Under the pieces are notes generated by a model, which worked only from the letters and a program-made list of their open reading frames with translations, did not search any database and was not told the origin of the DNA. From Treponemataceae bacterium (GTDB taxonomy: Bacteria; Spirochaetota; Spirochaetia; Treponematales; Rectinemataceae): a stretch of DNA of 41,482 nt. Both the position numbers and the translations under genes were made by a program. Each line of letters begins with the position of its first letter. Positions within the stretch are counted from its first letter, which is position 1. The stretch is from positions 1 to 41,482 of the forward strand of contig CAXXGJ010000004.1 of the NCBI GenBank assembly GCA_963677895.2, read 5' to 3'. Shown here in pieces: positions 38,253 through 41,482 of the stretch.

Positions 38253-39389
38253 TCAGCGGTCGTATTCCCCGTATTCGCAGCCGCCCAATTCGCCGTCGAA
38301 GGTATCGATCTCCTCCCAGCCCGCGGACGTTTTTTTTGAGAGCTTCACGTAGCCCGAGGCGAAACCGCCGTTCCAGAGGGCGTTGTGGCGTTTGTCCCCA
38401 TCGGGATTTTCGTAATTCACGTTCAGCATGGTCGATCGCGGGCAGGAGAATCGGATCTCTATTTTGGCCTTTCTCGTACAGGCGTCGATATTCCATTCCA
38501 CCTTTTCGTCGGTCACGGGGCAGTCGAACCGCTGCGTGGATCCGGTCCAGAACTTCGAAAAATTGAACTCATGGAGTTCGCCCTCATGATAAAAGGCGAC
38601 GAGAAGGCGCCGCGGCAGGGAGACGCCGAACACGACAGGTTGGGCGCCGCCGACATCCAGGCTCGTTCGCGTTAGGCGCTTTCCCGTTTTCCCGCTTTTG
38701 AAATTATTGCAGTTGAGCCATACCCAGGGACTCGTGTAATCGCAGCCCCAGTTCTTGTCCTGATATCCAGCGCTGGTTTCCGGCTCGACGCGATACGCTT
38801 CGCCATTGAACGTTATGCGGCCTTCGTACTCCGTGAGCATGCCGGCCGCGTGCCAGTACATCTGAAAGGCGTTGATGTTCCGGAAAAAGGGGCTCGTGCC
38901 GAACCCCACGCTGTAGGGAAGGATCTTCTTCGCTTTCAGATCCCAGCTCATCTCCCCGGAATCGGACATATACTCGGGATGGGTAAACGCCTCCTCGGGG
39001 CTGAGCCGGACCGAGCCTACGAGTCTCGTTTCCGTGGCCGTGTGTTGGCCTATTTTGACATTCATGCTATCGGGATCGGCGGAAAACTGGCTTATTGGAT
39101 AGAAATTGTGCAGCTGCGCCATATGCTTTTCGCCGGAAGCCTCGGGGCTGCCCCAGCGTCCCGCCTTGACCATCGCGTAGGAAGGGCGGATGCCTTTCTT
39201 CTTATTGGCGGGCAATTGGCCGAGCAGGGCTTTGGTGCCGCCCAACGCTGGGTTGATGACGTAGTATTCGATGAAGAACGGCTGTTTTTCGCCCGTCTTT
39301 TCGTTGACGCCCACAAGGGAGTGCCACCACCAGTCATAACCGCGGCGTGCCAGCTTGCCCTTGAGCATGTAGCCATTCCTGTCGTCCAT
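38253..39389 (-). CDS. Tocopherol cyclase-family protein
   Basis: GYDWWW, FFIEYYVINP, GYQDKNWG.D...PWVWL and LWNGG motifs. Confidence 0.75.
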   Translation of the reverse strand: MDDRNGYMLKGKLARRGYDWWWHSLVGVNEKTGEKQPFFIEYYVINPALGGTKALLGQLPANKKKGIRPSYAMVKAGRWGSPEASGEKHMAQLHNFYPISQFSADPDSMNVKIGQHTATETRLVGSVRLSPEEAFTHPEYMSDSGEMSWDLKAKKILPYSVGFGTSPFFRNINAFQMYWHAAGMLTEYEGRITFNGEAYRVEPETSAGYQDKNWGCDYTSPWVWLNCNNFKSGKTGKRLTRTSLDVGGAQPVVFGVSLPRRLLVAFYHEGELHEFNFSKFWTGSTQRFDCPVTDEKVEWNIDACTRKAKIEIRFSCPRSTMLNVNYENPDGDKRHNALWNGGFASGYVKLSKKTSAGWEEIDTFDGELGGCEYGEYDR

Positions 39390-39439
39390 GATGCCTCCCT
39401 TTTTATCGGCGTTGCACCGACCCGGATCATCATACTCCG

Positions 39440-39462
39440 ATAATGTGCATAATGCAAATAAT
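39440..39462. promoter_or_regulatory. Palindromic operator between the divergent cyclase-like and DUF362 genes (possibly for MarR)
   Basis: ATGTGCAT-A-ATGCAAAT imperfect inverted repeat. Confidence 0.4.
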
Positions 39463-39503
39463 TTTACTTGCGCTTTGCGGAAAGTTCACCTACTCTTAGG
39501 TCT

Positions 39504-41482
39504 ATGGCAAACGTCATCATCGAACGTCTCCCGCCCGGCGATTACGGGAAGGATTGCGTCGCGCTCTCGGGCGATTATGGCAGCGCGTCCTGGGAAAATC
39601 GTCCCGAAGTGAAGGCGATCAGGAAAGCGGTCTTCGCCGCCCTGGACTCCCTGGATACTCGAACCGGCATCGGAGCCAAGTTCCGAGATCGCCCCGTCCT
39701 CGTCAAGCCCAATCTCGTCACCGTCTACCACGACATGGGGCTGACGAGGCGCGACTACCCAGAAACGACCGATCCGCGCGTTCTGGACGCCATCGCGCTC
39801 TGGCTTTCGGAGCGCTCGCCGGAGGTCATCATCGTCGAATCGTCGGGACGAGGCGCTCCCACGCGCGGTTCCTTCAAGGTATCGGGGCTGGATCGCCTGG
39901 CCAGGCATCGGGGCTGCGGCCTCGTCGCCCTCGATGAGGAGCCTGTGGATCGCTATATCCTGCCCAAAGCAAAGGTTCAGCGCGAAATTCTGGTGCCGCG
40001 GATTTTCTCCCGGGTCGTGCGCGGAGAGGCGGCCTACGTATCCGTCCCCAAGCTCAAGACCAACCTCTACACGAAGGTCACGCTCGGATTCAAGAACGCC
40101 ATGGGCACGATCCCCTACAACCTGCGCCAGCGGGATCACCATTACCACATCGACCGAAAGCTCGTCGAAATGCTTTACCTCTTCAAGCCCGACCTAGTCC
40201 TCATCGATGGCGTCGTGGGCGCTGAAGGCGAATGCCCGGCACCGGTCGATCCCGTGGATTCCAGGATGATCATCGCGGGCGACCATCCCGTGGAAACCGA
40301 CCGCGTGGCGACGAGGCTCATGGGTTTCGACCCAGAGACGATCGCCCTCATGAAGGTGGCCGACGAGCTGGGCTTCGGCGATCCCGGCAATGTCGAAGTC
40401 CTTGGCGATCCAAGTCCCCTCGCCTTCCGTCCCGCCGACGCTTCGCTCATCTCCGATCGGGTGCGCCAGGCTTTCCCGACGGTCACGGTATTGGTCGGCA
40501 TCGACAAAAACCAGGAACGGAACGCCCTCGCGGCGGGCGACATAGAGCCATCGGCCGTTTCCGCGCTCGAGGCCTCCTGCAGGGGGGGCTGTATCGCCAC
40601 GACACGCTTCGCTTTTTCCATGCTCGAAGCCGAGGGCATTTCGCTCAAGCGAAAAATCGTCATGATCGTCGGCTCAGGGGTAAAAGCCGGCGACCGCCTG
40701 AATTGGTATGACTTTGAAGGCAAGGCCTATGATCTGGAGGCTATCAAGGCCCTCCCGGGCAGGAAAATGGCCATCGGTTCCTGCTCGAAAATCCTCGCTC
40801 CCTTTGTCGATCGCTACATCGTCGGCTGCATGCCCATGCCCAACGCCCCTCACATGATACTCCACGAACTCGGCGGCCGGCCCTGCAAGGTCATGTCCCT
40901 CAAGAATCGCAATCTTGTCCCCATGCTGCTGGCCATTCTGGGACAGCGGGCGGCTCGCCGCAGGCTTCTTCAGGAAGGTCAGCGGCTCGATGTTCCTCTT
41001 CGTCTCGAGGAAGGAAAGGTCGAGGTGCGCCCCCTGACGGCCGAGGAATCGGAACGCGACTGGATCGAGTGGCCCCTTCCTCCCCTCGGCGCGGAAGAAA
41101 CCCAGAGGCTGCTGGGCTTTGAGGATGACGCGGCGCTAGCGGGCCTTCGCGGCATGCTCGTTTTCCAGGGTGAAGGAAAAATTGCTTTGGCTCCTGAAGG
41201 CAGCGGCGACGACCGCCATCACGCTGAGCCCTCTGGTCTGCGCCCTTATCTCCTCTGCCGCGGGGCCTGTGGCGGGCATCGCGTGGCCAGGCTGGCTGGG
41301 CATTTTCACCGCCATCGAGGGTCTCCACGCCCTCGAGATACCGGCCGCGTTCAGGGCCGGCCGCCGTTCCTGCGAGAGGCGCGGGTTGGAATGGACCGAG
41401 CGAAGGAAGCTATGGGCTCTCCTTGGCGCCCTGCTCGTCGGATATCCGTCATGGGTTCCGAAAAATCTGGGGGTTTTCGGCT
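39504..41482 (+). CDS. DUF362-domain protein (not in ORF track; frame open to window end; probable frameshift at ~41161 into a membrane domain)
   Basis: Manual translation MANVIIER...VLVKPNLV...TTDPRVL...SVPKLKTN...IDGVVGAEGECP...CRGGC...GCMP. Confidence 0.8.
   Translation, partial: MANVIIERLPPGDYGKDCVALSGDYGSASWENRPEVKAIRKAVFAALDSLDTRTGIGAKFRDRPVLVKPNLVTVYHDMGLTRRDYPETTDPRVLDAIALWLSERSPEVIIVESSGRGAPTRGSFKVSGLDRLARHRGCGLVALDEEPVDRYILPKAKVQREILVPRIFSRVVRGEAAYVSVPKLKTNLYTKVTLGFKNAMGTIPYNLRQRDHHYHIDRKLVEMLYLFKPDLVLIDGVVGAEGECPAPVDPVDSRMIIAGDHPVETDRVATRLMGFDPETIALMKVADELGFGDPGNVEVLGDPSPLAFRPADASLISDRVRQAFPTVTVLVGIDKNQERNALAAGDIEPSAVSALEASCRGGCIATTRFAFSMLEAEGISLKRKIVMIVGSGVKAGDRLNWYDFEGKAYDLEAIKALPGRKMAIGSCSKILAPFVDRYIVGCMPMPNAPHMILHELGGRPCKVMSLKNRNLVPMLLAILGQRAARRRLLQEGQRLDVPLRLEEGKVEVRPLTAEESERDWIEWPLPPLGAEETQRLLGFEDDAALAGLRGMLVFQGEGKIALAPEGSGDDRHHAEPSGLRPYLLCRGACGGHRVARLAGHFHRHRGSPRPRDTGRVQGRPPFLREARVGMDRAKEAMGSPWRPARRISVMGSEKSGGFR

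Noticed and set aside
37833..38339. 168-aa + strand ORF
   Set aside because: Out-of-frame overlap with the MarR gene; Arg/Pro-rich with no motifs.

Overview
Bacterial chromosomal window, probably from a high-GC spirochaete (inferred from gene style and Treponema-like attC sites). Bases 1-7.9 kb are GC-rich backbone: xth, a large gluzincin/beta-barrel-like protein, a JAB-DinG helicase, manA and a YaiI/DUF188 gene. An AT-rich accessory mosaic starts at about 7.86 kb. It opens with an integron cassette array that has no integrase in the window (two attC sites). The array carries a 1086-aa nuclease-STAND NTPase (Avs/NLR-like, probably anti-phage), a small deoxyribosyltransferase-fold protein and an S41 lipoprotease translationally coupled to cbrA. 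A ~6.8 kb LysR/FAD-oxidoreductase/tctCBA module, containing a decayed IS3, sits between two 162-bp direct repeats that duplicate the S41/cbrA junction. Next come a GntR-linked DUF362-enolase-TRAP-LarA-like catabolic operon, an apparently truncated PadR-DUF1048 unit, small membrane/regulatory genes and an HpcH aldolase-TRAP-FadR-YhcH operon. The right end holds a MarR gene with a probable CTG start missing from the ORF track, a tocopherol-cyclase-family gene and a second DUF362 gene. No rRNA, tRNA or CRISPR array was seen. All family calls come from motif recognition by eye, not database searches.
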